The notes under the pieces: generated by a model | What the model saw: the letters and a program-made list of their open reading frames with translations, nothing else | The model's database searches: none | Told to the model about the DNA's origin: nothing | In this document: in pieces, positions 1 through 14,129 of the stretch | Position numbering within the stretch: position 1 is the first letter of the stretch | Layout: every line of letters starts with the position of its first letter | Position numbers and translations under genes: made by a program | From: Cirrosporium novae-zelandiae | Lineage: Eukaryota | Direction: 5' to 3' | NCBI GenBank assembly: GCA_026023565.1 | Contig: JAPETS010000023.1 | Coordinates: forward strand, 372,001 to 436,000 | DNA length: 64,000 nt

Positions 1-2127
1 AAGAAAATAGGCTAGAATTCGACGCCCAAAAAACTGAGATTATAGCGTTTTTTAGGCTACGTAAACACCAAGCTTAGGTGAATACGAAACCGAAAATTAG
101 GGTCAATAGTCACCCGATCGAATACAAAAAAGATTACGTACGGTAATTAGATATATAGCTAAACCCGAAACTTAATTTCTAAATCTACCACGCCCAGCGC
201 CTAGCCAAGGCCAGGCGCGCGGAAAACGTAATTAAATATATATACCACCGAAACGGACTACCTACGGGGCTTGCGCGCTAGATAGCCGTAACGACGATAA
301 TATTAACCTATATATACGGATACGAGATCTGGTGGAACGGGCAGGTCGGGTACCAAACAGAATTTCAAAAATTGCTGAATAGGTTTATAAAATTAATAAC
401 GGGGGTCTATAAAATAACCCCAATAATAGCGGTTATATAAAAAATCTATATATATTTTATAAACGTAATATTAAATATTACGTAAAAAAAATATAGATTT
501 CGGTATTTTTAAAAAATCGAAAAAAATTTAACGAATCTAATATTATCGATAACGTTTAAAATAAAAAACGTAAATATTTAATTAAAAAAATAACCGTTGG
601 AAAATTTCTAATAAATTTAAAAAATTAAAAAAAATATATTAAATTAATATTTAATTATAACGATAATCTAAAAAATAATAAATTTAAATTTTAAAATCAA
701 AAAAATCTAAATAACCGAAAAAAATAATAATATTTCTAAAATAATAGGTTTTTAGCGAAACGCTAGCGTAGAACTGGAAAAACGTATATTAATCGGACGG
801 ATCTAAACTAAAAAACCGCAAAATAGGGGCGGGAATAATCTAGAAAATAGCCGAAAAAACCCTATAAACGATACGGAAATACTATCTAAATCAAAATAAA
901 GAGGTATTCGACGCAGAATTTTGGGGGGCGCAAGCAGCCTTGTAAATAGCGGCTAAGGCGTACCCAAATAATTATAAAACCCCCAGAAAAAAAATAGTAG
1001 TATTATTTAATTCGCAAACGGCTATTAGACGGATCGAAAAAAAAAAATTAAAAAAAAATTAAACGATCGTATAAAAAATATACGAATATACCAAATATTT
1101 GGTCGATTAAAAAAACGAAAATCATTATTAAATAAATCCCGGAATATTACGGAATATTAAAGAACGAAATAATAAATTAAACGGTTAAAATAAATACGGC
1201 GTTAAAAAATAATAAAATGATCGAATAAATTTTGTTAATTTATATAATTTATAATATAACGGAAAAACGGATTATAAAAACGTACAATTAATTATATAAT
1301 TAAAAAATAAAAAAATCGCCCGATAAACCGTATTAAATATACCCGAGATATAAAAAAAATCGGATATTAAAATACGCGTTTAAAAAATTAATAAATAGGT
1401 TTTATTAAATAAAAACGGGGTACGCCGTTATCGGGGAATATATATACCGCACGAAAACCACTATTATCCCGGAATACTGGTGATACGGGATCCCGTATTA
1501 AAACGTTTTTTATTTAATATTAATATATCCGCGCTAGAGAGCGGCTAGGGCCCGATTACGGGAAATAATAAAAAAATAGGGGGGCCAGTAATCTAATATA
1601 ACCGAAAAAAAAAAACTAATATTCGTATTAAAAAACCGAAGATTTTTTAAAAATTAGATACGTTTTTTAGGCGATACGGAAATAAGGAAACCTTAATCCT
1701 AAACCAGACACGAAACGGAAAATCGTGAGGCGTACCTGGATTAGGGGTAGGTAGAACCCGGATATAAAAGGGAAAAGGACCCAAACGTAAATATTAAATA
1801 AAAATTAGGCCCGTAATAGATACGTGGAATAAACGTATATATAAACAAAAATTGAAAAAATCGAAAATAAATACGAATAAACCTATTTATAGATTACGAA
1901 TATCGAAATAACGCTAAAAAATTATCCGATTAAATAAATTAGATAATTCTAAAAAACCCAAAAAAGAGGGGAAACTATATAGCCGAACTAAAAAAATAAC
2001 CCCTACCACCTTAGCTAAAAATAAGCCCGAAAAAAGATACGAAAAAATCTAAAAACCCCTAAATAGAGCCCGTCATAGCTTCTAAACGGCATATAGATAT
2101 AAAACAATGAATAATCATCATTATCAT
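1..2127 (+). mobile_element. Tad1-like LINE copy A, 3' part (end of RT, RNase H, CCHC, 3'UTR, (CAT)n tail); runs off the left edge
   Basis: Frame from nt 3 reads ENRLEFDAQKTEIIAF...YVR*LDI*LNPKLNF (RT C-terminal FD..KTE / VRWLGVWLDPKLNF after RIP reversion). ~1472 reads EYW*YG..*...YL...YPR* (CWWCG...HL...CPRW). Tail aaaacaatgaataatcatcattatcat at 2101-2127. Confidence 0.92.
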
Positions 2128-4010
2128 AATACGTAAAACGATTATATAACGTTTTTTCGGCGTTTTTTTTTATATATATTTTATTTTTATTTTTCGGGTA
2201 ATTAGATATTTTCCGTCTGTGGTTATATAGGGGCTTAGACAGTTTATATATTTCAATAAAATATATATATAAACCCCCGTGTACGCGGGTTTATATTCTA
2301 TTATCCGATATCGGTGGTTTTACGTTTCGTATATTTCCGCGTATATCGTGTATTTAAGGGCTTTATTCCTATATTCCAAAAATAATTTATATTTTAATTA
2401 GATATATTTTAGATACGTTTTATTTATTTTTAACGTAAATTATCGGATATATCGAAATCTATATTCCGTTAAATAATAATTTTCGATTTTTTATTTTTCG
2501 TATATTATAAACGGGAATTTTATTTTAATCGAAATAATATATTTTTTTAATATAAACCCGGTTCGTATTCGTTTTTAACGATATTTTTCCGGCGTTATTT
2601 ATACGATTATCATATTTCGGAATAATTAATAAATTTTTTTTAAATTTTTTTTTATTAAATTTAATTTATTTAAATTTTTAAATATTTTTAAAAATATTTT
2701 TTATATTTTTATTTAATATAAAATTTTTAATAAATATATATTTATTATCGTATTATTTATTTTTATTATAATTTTTAGAATTTTTTATTTATATTTAAAT
2801 ATTAATATATCCGTATTAATTTTTTTATCGAACGTAATTTTTAAATTATTTTTTTTATTAATATAGATTTCCCGTATTCGTAATTCAGACGGTACGTTTA
2901 AATCAATAAATTTAACGTTAATCGCCGTTATTATTAATATTATAGAACCCGGATATTTAATTTTTTTTTTATTAAAAATCAGTATTTTCTAATTTTCAAT
3001 TTTTATATCCCTATTTATAGAATCAGTACGTTTTTTTTTACGGGATTTAATTATTTATTATTTTTTATTAGATTTATCTACTATTTTATTAATTATTTTG
3101 GTATAAATAAACCCCGTAAATTCCGGCGTTATTTTTATAGAAATCTATTTCGGGGCTTTCGGTATTAACGGTAGGGTTTTCTGTTTAATTATTTTTACCG
3201 TTTATTAAAAATTTTTTTAAATTTTTTTATCCGTTTATATTATTGTCCGCGTATTAAATATTTACGATCTGGTTATTATATCCGTTCGGGATATTATTAG
3301 AAAAAATATTATTTTTTTTTTTTTATTATTCGTTCGGGTTTAATTATTAAGATTATATAATTTTTATTTATAAAATTTTTTATTCCGTTATATATAATTT
3401 TTACGGTTTTTATTTAAATTTATAATATTTAAATTATTGTTATAATTATTTTTTTAATTATTAAAAATTTTTATTTAATCGTATATAATTTTTTTTAATT
3501 TTTTTTTTAAATTTTTATAATTTTATTATATCGTTTTTTTAAAACGATTATTCGGATTTTTAAACCGAATAATATCTCCCGTAATTATACCGTAAAATTA
3601 TCGGTTTTTAGAATTTAATATATTTTTTCCCCGATTACGGGAAATATATATATTATTATATATTTAATCGTTTATTTAATGAAAATATTTTGATTATTAA
3701 TTTATTTTTTTTTAAAAATTTTTTTTTTTCGTAAAATCTTTCGACGATATTTTTTCGTTTAATCGTTTTTTTTTTAAAATAAAAATTATAATACCGAATC
3801 GCTAAATTTTATTATAAAATTTTATTTTAATTCGTTCGATTCGTTTTTTCGTATCCGTTTAATTTTCGTTAACGGTACGGATTTTTTTAATTCCCGATAT
3901 TTTTTTACTGTTACTAAATTTTATAGATTTTAAATAAACGTTAATTATTTCGTATAACGGTCGTCACAATAATGAATTGATTTGGAGGCGCGGGGTTATC
4001 AAAAAACGTT
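2128..4010 (-). mobile_element. Tad1-like LINE copy B, 5' part (5'UTR + ORF1), interrupted by copy A
   Basis: Colinear with 29838-31736 and ~57470-59350. Shares the conserved 5' terminus cgtcacaataatgaattgatttgg.ggcgcgggg..a.caaaa at ~3962-4005. Confidence 0.92.
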
Positions 4011-4799
4011 TTTTGATCTCCCAAAAAAACAATAAATATTCTATATTAAAACTAGATAATATAGATAATATATTTTTTATAAATTCAAATTTATAATCCT
4101 TATATAAAATAACGAAAAAAACCCGTATTATTTTTAATATATCTACTATAATTTAATTACTGGAATATATTATATATTATTTTTAATTTCTATTATAATT
4201 AAATCCTATTATTCGAATCTAAATAAAAATAAAATAATATCAGAATAATATTATTATTATAAACTGGTAATTATTATTTAATAACAAATATTATAATAGG
4301 ATCCCGTTTTATAACTAATAATATTCTATTTAAAAATACTATTATTTAATCTATTTTTTAAATTAATTTATTTCTTAATTTTCGGCCGTAAATCAAGTTT
4401 TTGACCTATATTCGAGAATTGATTTAAATTAATTAAATCCTTAAATTAATTTTCTGATTTAAATTAATTTCTGTTTTTATATTTATTTTATTTTTTATAG
4501 CGTATATTAAGAATAGAATATTCGATTTATTAATTTATTGCAAATTTTTGAAATTATAAAAAACGAAATCGAAAATATTTAACGGTCTAATTTAGCGTTT
4601 TCGAATATAATAAAACAAATAAAATATATATTATAATATTATTTATAAATATTAAAAATTATAATTTAATAAAATATATAATTTATAAATAAAACGTGAA
4701 TTAAAAAAAAAAATATTTATTATAAAAAATAATATTTTAATTTTTTAGAATTAATATTAATTTAATAAATAAAATTAATAATAATTATAATTCTAATAC

Positions 4800-5560
4800 T
4801 AAAATTTTTTTATATATTAAATTCTCGTCTATTATAAAATCCTGATTTTATATTAATATTTTAATAAAAATATAACGTATCAATTAAAATTTTTTATTCC
4901 GAAATCGCGAATAATATTCGAATTTTTCTCTAAATCGATTATAACCAAAAATTAATAATTATTATATTTATAAAATCTAAAAAAAAAAAATTTACTAATT
5001 CGGATATAAAAAAATATTCTGATAAAATTTTTTTAAACGTTAATAATATCCGGAATAAAATATTTTAGAATATTAATTATATATATAATAAATTTTTTAA
5101 TATTTTTATAAAAATTTCTAATAAATCGTATAATAATCGATTAAATCAATTCTATTAATTTTATAAAACGAAAAACGGACATTATTTAGAATAAATAATA
5201 AAATCAAAACGAAAAACGGACATTATTTAGAATAAATAATAAAATCAAAACGGAATCGTAATATTTTTATATAAATAATAAAATTGATTTATTATTATTA
5301 TTATTATTATCGTTTAACTATTAATTATTTTATTTCGGACCGGAATTACGTCGGTCTACGATCGGACGAGAATTGGGTAAAAATATCGAAACTACAATTA
5401 ATTTTTAGAAAAATCTAGAAAAAATAATTATAATTAATTATATATTAATATTCCTCGATATTAATTAGATACGATTAGATCGAATCGAAAATATATTATA
5501 TCGTTCTAATATTCGGGGATTTAATAGAAACGTAAAATTCTATAAAAATAATTCCGTTAA
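4800..5560 (+). pseudogene. RIP-degraded ORF relic, unknown protein
   Basis: Long frame whose stops are nearly all TAA/TAG (RIP-type), e.g. EIANNIRIFL*IDYNQKL... and FGPELRRSTIGRELGKNIETTI. No family recognised. Confidence 0.4.
5165..5246. repeat. Perfect 41-bp tandem duplication
   Basis: aaaacgaaaaacggacattatttagaataaataataaaatc occurs twice (5165-5205, 5206-5246). Confidence 0.95.
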
Positions 5561-5949
5561 TTATTAAATTTTCGATTATTATTTTTTTATTATTTTATCT
5601 ATTTAATTTTGATAGAAACGTTTACAAAAAAAATAATATATAAAATTAATAAATTTCTATTGGATTTTTTCTGAATTGGCTGGAAATTGAGTAATTTTAT
5701 TAAAAAATTTTTAAATTTTGGTTCGGATTATTTTAGCAATAATAATTTTGTATTTTCGATTTTTAGAATAAATTATACCGATACAACTAATATTTTTTTT
5801 AGAATCAATATATAGAATATCAAAAAAATATTAATTAAAAATAGAAAAACGTGAAAATTATATAATAAATAATATTTAAATAATTAGAATAAAATATGAA
5901 TATATAGGATTAGAAAAAAAACGGTAATCGAATAAAATAAAAATAGAAT

Positions 5950-6750
5950 AACAATCAGTTTAGAAAAAAAAATTATTTTTTATATATTTAGATATTTTTA
6001 GGCCAAAATAAAAATATAATTTTATTTCCCGAAATTTAATACGATCGTCGCCGACAATTTTTCGTATCTCAATATTTTCTAATATATATAAAATTTTCAC
6101 GTTAATTCGAATAAAATCAATATTAAGGCCGCTTCAATTATAATTATTATTTTATCAGACTATATATAGGTCTAAATCTAGTATAAAATTTCGATTCGAG
6201 GAATAGCAATATTAGCAATATATAATTAGAATATAATATATTATAAATTAAATATTTATTATAATTAAATCGATATATTTAAAAAAAAAATCGTTTAAAT
6301 AAATAAATAAAAAAATTATATATTTTAATTAATTCGTTAATCGATATATTATAATTTTTATTAAATTATATATTATATTACAAAATATATATTAGATCTA
6401 ATATCGTATCGTAAATATAAATAATAAAATAATATAACCGGATATAAAAATATTAAATATATTTTCGCTATATCAGAACAGCGAAAAAAACTGACCAAAT
6501 AAATAAATAAATAAAAAATATAAAAAATCACCGGAGAAATAATTGAAAATATATATTTGGATTTCTAAAATATATTTAAAATCTGGACCAAATATTTATA
6601 TTATATAAAATTCTATTTTTTAAAAATATATTTATTTTATTTCTGGGACCTTTCTATTAAGATTTTTGAATCTATTTAAAATCTTTATTTTATTATAAAA
6701 TAATGGAGCTAATAAATAGATTTTAAAAAATAATAAAATTAATCCTAAAA
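5950..6750 (+). pseudogene. RIP-degraded ORF relic, unknown protein
   Basis: Frame near 6394 reads DLISYRKYK**NNITGY..KYIFAISEQRKKLTK*INK*...KIWTKYL...YFWDLS. Protein-like once RIP is reverted; unassigned. Confidence 0.4.
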
Positions 6751-8149
6751 TCTTTAAATTATTATATTCCGTTAGAATCAATAAAATTATTTAATAAAAT
6801 TAATATTAATTAATAATTTATTATAATTAATTAATATATTAATATTTTATATAATAATTATTATATAATTTTATTTTTATATCAAATTTAATTATTTAAT
6901 AATAAAGAAATAATACCGATTTTTTGATTTATATTATTGCTCCTATTATTATTCGTTAAAAAAATAGAAATTTATTTATTAATTTTTTCTATAGAAATTC
7001 TAAACTTTCAGAATATAGCGTTGGAAATCGGATTATAAACGTAACGTTATTTAATATAAATATATTCAATTATCTATTTTTAAGGAATAATATTTAGGCT
7101 GACGATAATTTATTTGAATATATTTAATAATTATATATTTGAATAAACGATATAATTAAAATAAAAATTATATAAAAAAAATTGGTTTTAATATATTTAC
7201 GAATAATAAATTTGGAAGATTATATTAATAAACAAATATTTATTTAATCGATAATTTTTTATGGATTCGCTATTCTGTTTAATTATTATAGAATAGAAAA
7301 CTCGTATTCGATTAAAAAAAATTAAATTATAAAAAAAAAATAATATATAAAAAAAATTATAATCGCAGAATTCTAATATCGTATAAAATAAATTTAAATT
7401 ATTTATTTTTTTATTTATAAAATCAAAAATATATATATTCAGAAAAAACTACGATAATAAAAACAAAAATCAAAAATACGGTAAATATAAAAATAATAGA
7501 ATTTAAAATATATTCGAAAAAATTATATATTAACAAAAATAATATTCGGTAATATATTATTTTAGCGTAACCGGAATTAATATAAAAACTAGATTATGGA
7601 AAAAAAAAATAATAATTAATTGAAAAATAAATTTATATAAAATCTATATTTTTCTAAATTAGAAAAAATCTATCGATAAATAAATTCTAAATTATTTTTT
7701 TTATTAATATAATTTTTGGTTCGTATCTTTAAACTAAGATTTATAAAATATAGATTCAAACCCCGACCAAATACGGTATACAAATATTAAAAATTATATT
7801 CGTTCTCGATCTTAATCAATTAATCTGTATTATATTATGATTTTTTATAAAAATCAATTAATACTATAATATATTATATTATTAATTTATTTTATATTAA
7901 TTAAACTAATATTAATATTATAAAAATATAAAACAAAAATTATAATATAAATTATAATATTATCTAAAATAAAAGTTTTTTCTAAAAAAAAAATTCTATT
8001 ATTTTATATAAAAATATAAAAATAAATCTATAAAAAATATATTAATTATATTATCTAATTTTAGTACGGAATTTTCCGGAATATTATTTTATATCCTTAT
8101 TTATAATTGTAATTTTTGCTACTATTCGTTATTTAATCGCGAAACGGAT

Positions 8150-10230
8150 AATTTAGTTTTAAAAAAAAACTGTAGCGTTTTTTCCTAATAAACGGATTCC
8201 GATATCCGCTCCGCGTATTAATCGATAATCGTCTAGTTTTTCAATTTTGGTTATTTAAAAAATATATTTCTATTTTTTTTATTAAATTAATTTATATAAA
8301 TAGAGGTTTTCGTTATCGTTATATAATAAAACTGGGGATAATTTATAAAATATTAATAAATTTTTTCGACTAATTAAACGAATTTGAAAAATCCGTCAGA
8401 TTTTTTATTTTTATATTTAATAAATATTTACAATCTTTTTCAAAAAAAAATTAATATATTTAATAGATATAATAATAAAATTAAACGATTCGGAATTTTT
8501 TATATATTAAATATATATTAATATTTTTTTTTGATTTTTATTAATTATTTAATAATATTATTATTATTTTATATATTTTATTAAATATTATAATATCCCA
8601 AAATTATAATATTATTAATATATCCGTACAAAAATTCGATAATATTTATTTTAAATTTTTAACCGTTTTAATCAAAAAACGTTAATAAAGAATACGTACC
8701 TATATTTTTCTAAAAACCGAGGAATCAAATAATTAAAATCAATATTAATAAATTACGGTTTTATTCAATTTATTATTTATATTAATTAAAAATAGCCCGT
8801 TTATATAAATAAACGAAAGCCCGTAATCCGATATATTAAATTTTATACTCGATAACGAAAAAAAAAATTCTATAAACGAAACTGGATTATTAATAATAAA
8901 TTTTATATTTCAATCGTATTCGATAATATTAATTATATCAGAATAATCAAAAAAAATTTACCGCAAACGAATAATTAATTTCAAAAATTATTAATAAAAA
9001 AAATATTAAAACGAAAAAAATAATGATTCAGAAATATTTAATTATATAAAAAAATATTTAGATACCGGCAAATCAACTAAATAACGCTCAAAAATTAATT
9101 AAAAATTTCGAAAAACGGAATAATTTACGAAAGAAATCTCGAAAACGCCAGTTTTAATTATAAAATAACGAATAATAATAACAAAAATTACGGATTCTAA
9201 ATTAATTAAATACAGAATAAATTTTTATATCGAGAAAAAATTACTGGAATTATTAATTATAATAATAAAAACTTTTTTAATTTTAATTCTATTTTTTTAT
9301 ATAGATTATTTATTATATTATCAATATTATTTATTAATCGGATATAATTTTTTAAATAAACATTATTTTAATTTTTTTAATTCTAAATAATAATTGATTT
9401 CTGGTTTTTTTCAATTCGAATTATTATTCAAAAAAATTAATAAATATTAATATTCTAAATTATAAAAAATCTCGCGAATATTAGAATCCTATATTTAATT
9501 AATACCGACTAACGATTATTATATTTTTATCAAAATTATAATATTTAATAAAATTATAAAAATCTTTATAATTCGATAAATCTAATTTAAAATATATTAT
9601 ATTATAAATTATTTTAAAGAACCGTAAAATATTTTTATATTTTATCAATAAAATAGTTTTTTATTCTATTATTTTTATATTTAATTAATTTTTAAATCGC
9701 TAAAAATATTATATTTAATAAATTATTAAAAAATATCGTTCTAGAATTATTTATTTTTAATTAATATTTGTGGTTATCTATTTATTTTAAAAATAATAGA
9801 TCCGAATTATATCTATAATATTCGTCGATATATAGATTATTATATTATTTCTGTGTTTAATAAATTATTTTTTTATTTTTAAAACTAGATTTATTAATAA
9901 ATTTTATTTATTATTAATTATTATTAACGAATATTTTTTTTTTTTTTTTAATCGTTATATATCCAATCGTACTAAATAAATTCAAATATTAAAAATATAT
10001 ATATAATTTTTAGCGATTCTTTATATTTATTTTTTCTAAAAATATATAAAAGCAATTCTTAAAAACTATCCGGAAACTATAAATTCGGATATTTCGTTAT
10101 TTTTTATTCTAGATAGTTTATATATAAAAAAATTATAAAAATCCGGAATTTTTATTAATAAATTTTATATTAAATAATTAAATAAATAATACCAATTTAG
10201 AGAATAAATCGATTCCGATAAATATATTAG
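8150..10230 (-). pseudogene. RIP-degraded ORF relic, large unknown protein
   Basis: Minus-strand segments NSGFL*FFYI*TI*NKK*RNIRIYSFRIVFKNCF, NIFSDL, IFYGSL and NWRFRDFFRKLFRFS. Unassigned; extent uncertain. Confidence 0.35.
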
Positions 10231-11599
10231 ATTTTTCTGATATAGATTTTTTTTATAATATTTAATATTAATAAAATATTAACGATAAAAAATTTTTCGA
10301 TAATAATAAATAAATTACCGAAATTATAAATAAAAAAAAAAAAAAAAAATTAAAAAAAAAATAATTTAATAATATTTTATTTAATAATATTTTTTAATTA
10401 AATCAAAATAAATATTAACAAATTATTTCAAAGATTCTCCAGAATTAATTGAAGATTTTGAGAAACGGGATAAATCGCGGGGAAAACCTATTTAGTTTGG
10501 TAAATTTAATAATTAATAAATAAATAAAAATATTATAAATTAAAAATAAAAGTAGAACCTATTTTTAAAAAAAAATTGATTAATTAATTTATTTTATTAA
10601 ATTTTTTTACAATCCTTTAAATATATATAGTTTTTCGATAGTATTAATCTGATTTTATATTTTTATATTATTTAATTTATAATTTTATATATAATTTTTT
10701 AATTTTATTATAATCGTAATAGCTAATTAATTATATTATTATAATTATATAAAATTTTTAATTTTATTTAATAAAAAATAGTTTAATTTAAATCTATAAT
10801 TAATTATTTTACGTTATAATCATGATAATCCGGATCGGGTTCCAGTTTCTGACTAAATATAATATCTTTTCCATATTAGATTAGATTTTTTTGGTAATTT
10901 ATAATACGGTTTCAGAATATAGTTTTCTATAGAGGTTGAAATAATATTCCGGAAGATTCTATATTAAAATTAAATAATATAATTAAAATAATTAAAATAA
11001 TTTTAATTTATTATTTTTATATAAAATAATAAAAAAAAATAAATAAATTTATATTTTTTATTTAAATTAATATTTTTTAATATTAAATAACGGTTATCAA
11101 ATATTAAAAAAAAAAATACGTATAATAATACAAAATATATTTTATAAAATTCGTAAAAATAATTTCGACCAATTTTAGAATCTATAATATAGCCGATATT
11201 TTTTAAATAATATTTTATATTATTAATACGATTATTTTATTAATTATAGAAAAATTTTTAAAATTTTTTTTTTTTATTTCGTATTAATTTATTCTGAATA
11301 TCGTTAGATTATAAATTTTAAATATAAATTTAGGAATTTTTTTTTTATTATTTAATTTATCGGAAATTTGAATTCCGGTTTTTATTTTTCCGGAAATCCG
11401 TCGACCGAATTTTCTCGTTTTATTTTTAAAATATCTAGATTTAATATTGGAAATCGGTTTTTTAATAAACGTTATTTATTATAATATTATTTATATTTTT
11501 TTTTTAATATTCCGTTATTATAAAAATTGTTTTATTAATTATTTTTTTCGATTTTCTTCAAATTCGTACGAAATTAGTTCGAGATTTCTAAATTCTTTT

Positions 11600-12400
11600 T
11601 CTGTCGATCTATTTAATTTTAACGTAAATATATAGATATTTTATTTCTGGATTATATATTTTATTTTCGGCTAATATATCGGGATCTAATACGTCCAAAA
11701 TTTTTTTTCTAAAATCTTTATTAAATATTTATATAATTCTTTAAATAATTATAACGTTTTTATTAATATATATCTATTTTTTTTATATTTTTAGATATTT
11801 TTTTTTATTTTTTAAATCGGTAATATCAGGATTTTTTTTTATCGTAAATAATATCGATATTTATAATATCTTTGAATCTAAATATAGAAATATTTCGTAG
11901 ACCGTATTCTAGAAATAATTATATTTTCCGTTCAATTTCTTTTTTAATTACGATGCGTCCGCTATAATTTAATTCTAAACGTTTCCGGAATATTTCTAAA
12001 ATAAATAAAATTTTTAGATTATAATCGTTAATATTTAACGGTAATAAAATAGTTCTGTTCTTAATATCCGTAATAATTATTTTTAATATAAATAATAGAA
12101 AATTTTTTTCGGTAATTATATTATTTTTATCCGTTTAATTATATTTAGATTTTTTAAATAATTCTTTATTATTGTTTAGTTCTATCGTATTTTTTTTTAA
12201 ATTTTTTTTTTTTTTCAAACTTCTACCGTTTTTCGTCGCTCGAAATATTACGTAAATTTTTTTTAATTTTTTTTTTATAAACGTTATATTTTTTTTTTCG
12301 TTTAATTATTTTTTCCCGAATTTTATAAATTTCTAATTTCGGTTTTTTTTTTAGGATATTATTAGGAATTATAATAATTAATTTAATAATAGATTTTTTA
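11600..12400 (-). pseudogene. RIP-degraded ORF relic, unknown helical protein
   Basis: Continuous minus frame SSDEKR*KFEK...LLRILRTELFYYR*ILT...IIADAS*LKKKLNGKYNYF*NTVYEI...LFTIKKIL, with only TAA/TAG stops. Confidence 0.45.
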
Positions 12401-12471
12401 TATTAATAATTTTGATTTTTATAATATTTTAAATACGTAAATTCAATCGGGAAAATTTTTAATAATTAATC

Positions 12472-12730
12472 GGTATAATCAGAGGGTTAGTATAATTCGA
12501 AAACCAATATAATTCGAAAACCAGTATAATTCGAAAATTAGTATAATTCGAAAACTAATATAACTCAAAAATTAGTACAATTCGAAAACCAGTATATTTA
12601 TTTGGAGGGTACGTTTATTTGGAGGGTATTATTAATTAAAATAATCTAAAAATTGGTTATTAGTATCGTTATTTAAAAAACCCCAGAATTGGAGGGCCAC
12701 GTTATTTAAAAATATTTAGGAATTGAATTC
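12472..12730. repeat. 17-bp tandem array (~7 units, agtataattcgaaaacc) followed by related GGAGGG-containing units
   Basis: Units start at 12472, 12489, 12506, 12523, 12540, 12557 and 12574. These are followed by tttatttggagggta twice and aattggagggcc at ~12687. Confidence 0.9.
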
Positions 12731-12789
12731 TAATATTTTGTAGGACTTTAATAATTAATAATAGAAATTATTTTTTAATTATTTCCTAT

Positions 12790-13230
12790 ATTTTAGTTTT
12801 TTAAAGATCTGTAATATCCAATTTATTTAATATTTTCAGATATAAATAGATTGAATATCGCAAATTAAAAAATTCAATAAAAAAAAAATATAAAAATTAC
12901 GTAAAATATAATTTCTATTTTAATAATAAAAATAAAGAATTATATTTTTTTCGTATAAAAAATATTCGATATTATATATTTAAAATTATTAAAATAATTA
13001 ATATTATATTTTGATATTTATTTCCGATAATAATAATAAAAAGATCGCGTTATATTAGATATTCGTATCTGAAATACTAATTAAACTATTTAAAAATCGC
13101 GGATTAATAAATAAAAATTAATTTAGATATTATAAAAAATTTTGTAAATTTAAAGAATATTTAAAAAATCGGGAAATAGAAAAATAAAAAATTTATAAAA
13201 CCAGAAATTCGATTATTTACGTATATTTTT
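12790..13230 (-). pseudogene. RIP-degraded small ORF relic, unknown protein
   Basis: Minus frame FLVL*IFYFSISRFFKYSLNLQNFL*YLN...LICDIQSIYI*KY*INWILQIFKKLKYR. Confidence 0.4.
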
Positions 13231-13449
13231 TTTTTATATTATTTAAACAAAAAAACAAATAAACAAAAAAATTATATAAAAATTAAATTATATTTAAATA
13301 TAATTATTTATTTTTTCTAATATATTTTCTAGATTTTGAATTCGATTTTTAATTAAAAAATATTCTATAATTATTATTAATAGACTTTCTATTTTAATTA
13401 AAAAAAACAGGGTTTTTTCGGTAGATATTCTATTATCGTTTATTATAAA

Positions 13450-13870
13450 CGGTGATTTAAATAAAAAAAAATAATTTAAAATCGAGGGATTTTGAATTTT
13501 AATTTTCGAGAACGATTTAAAATTAAAATTTATAGGATTTTTACGAATTAATAAAAAATAATATCGTTTTTAATATAATTAATAAAAAATTCTTAATTTT
13601 TGAATTAAAAATAAAAAAAAAAATTTATAAAATTATTTTTTTTTAATAATTATAATAATAGGTTTTTAGAATTATAAATTATTAATCGATTTTTTTTTTA
13701 ATAATTATATAGATTTTAGTATCTGAAATTTTTACGATATCGTTTATTTTTTTTAAAAAATTATTTCGGCGTTTACGAAATTATTTATTCAAAATTTTAT
13801 TAAATTTTTTGAAATCGTTTAATTTATTCGTTTTTTTAGATATATTTATAATAAAATATATACGTAATAA
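13450..13870 (-). pseudogene. MADS-box/SRF-like small DNA-binding protein (RIP-degraded)
   Basis: Minus frame NK*FRKRRNNFLKKINDIVKISDTKIYIIIKKKNRLIIYNS reverts to FRKRRNNLLKKA.D.A...DA..Y.VI....YNS, matching the MADS core F.KRR.GL.KKA.EL..LCDA.V.LI. Confidence 0.65.
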
Positions 13871-14129
13871 ATATAATAATTTGTTTTTTTAATCGAATAT
13901 TCGATATTAATATAATACGTTTTAATTTATTAATTACGGCGATATCCGTCAGCTAAAAAAATAGTTTTTTTTTAATTAAATTCCTTCCCCCCCCCCCTGA
14001 AATAAATTTTTTTCAAAATATATAGAATAATTAAATTATTTTTTAAAATATTTAGGCGTTCTATTAAATCTTATTTTGGAAAATATAATATTTATCGAAA
14101 TAAACGTAATTATTTAATACGGAATTTTT

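Noticed and set aside
8190..8240. Possible Starship captain (DUF3435) motif GFRYPLR
   Set aside because: No accompanying tyrosine-recombinase motifs (TG.RPG, Y..RRG, MGH) could be recovered, and the region fits a minus-strand relic equally well.
11447..11635. Given ORF (62 aa) as a real gene
   Set aside because: F/I/N/Y-rich chance ORF from AT-rich DNA with a non-ATG start and no motif.
12472..12600. CRISPR-like array
   Set aside because: Units are directly adjacent with no unique spacers, there are no cas genes, and the context is fungal RIPed DNA.
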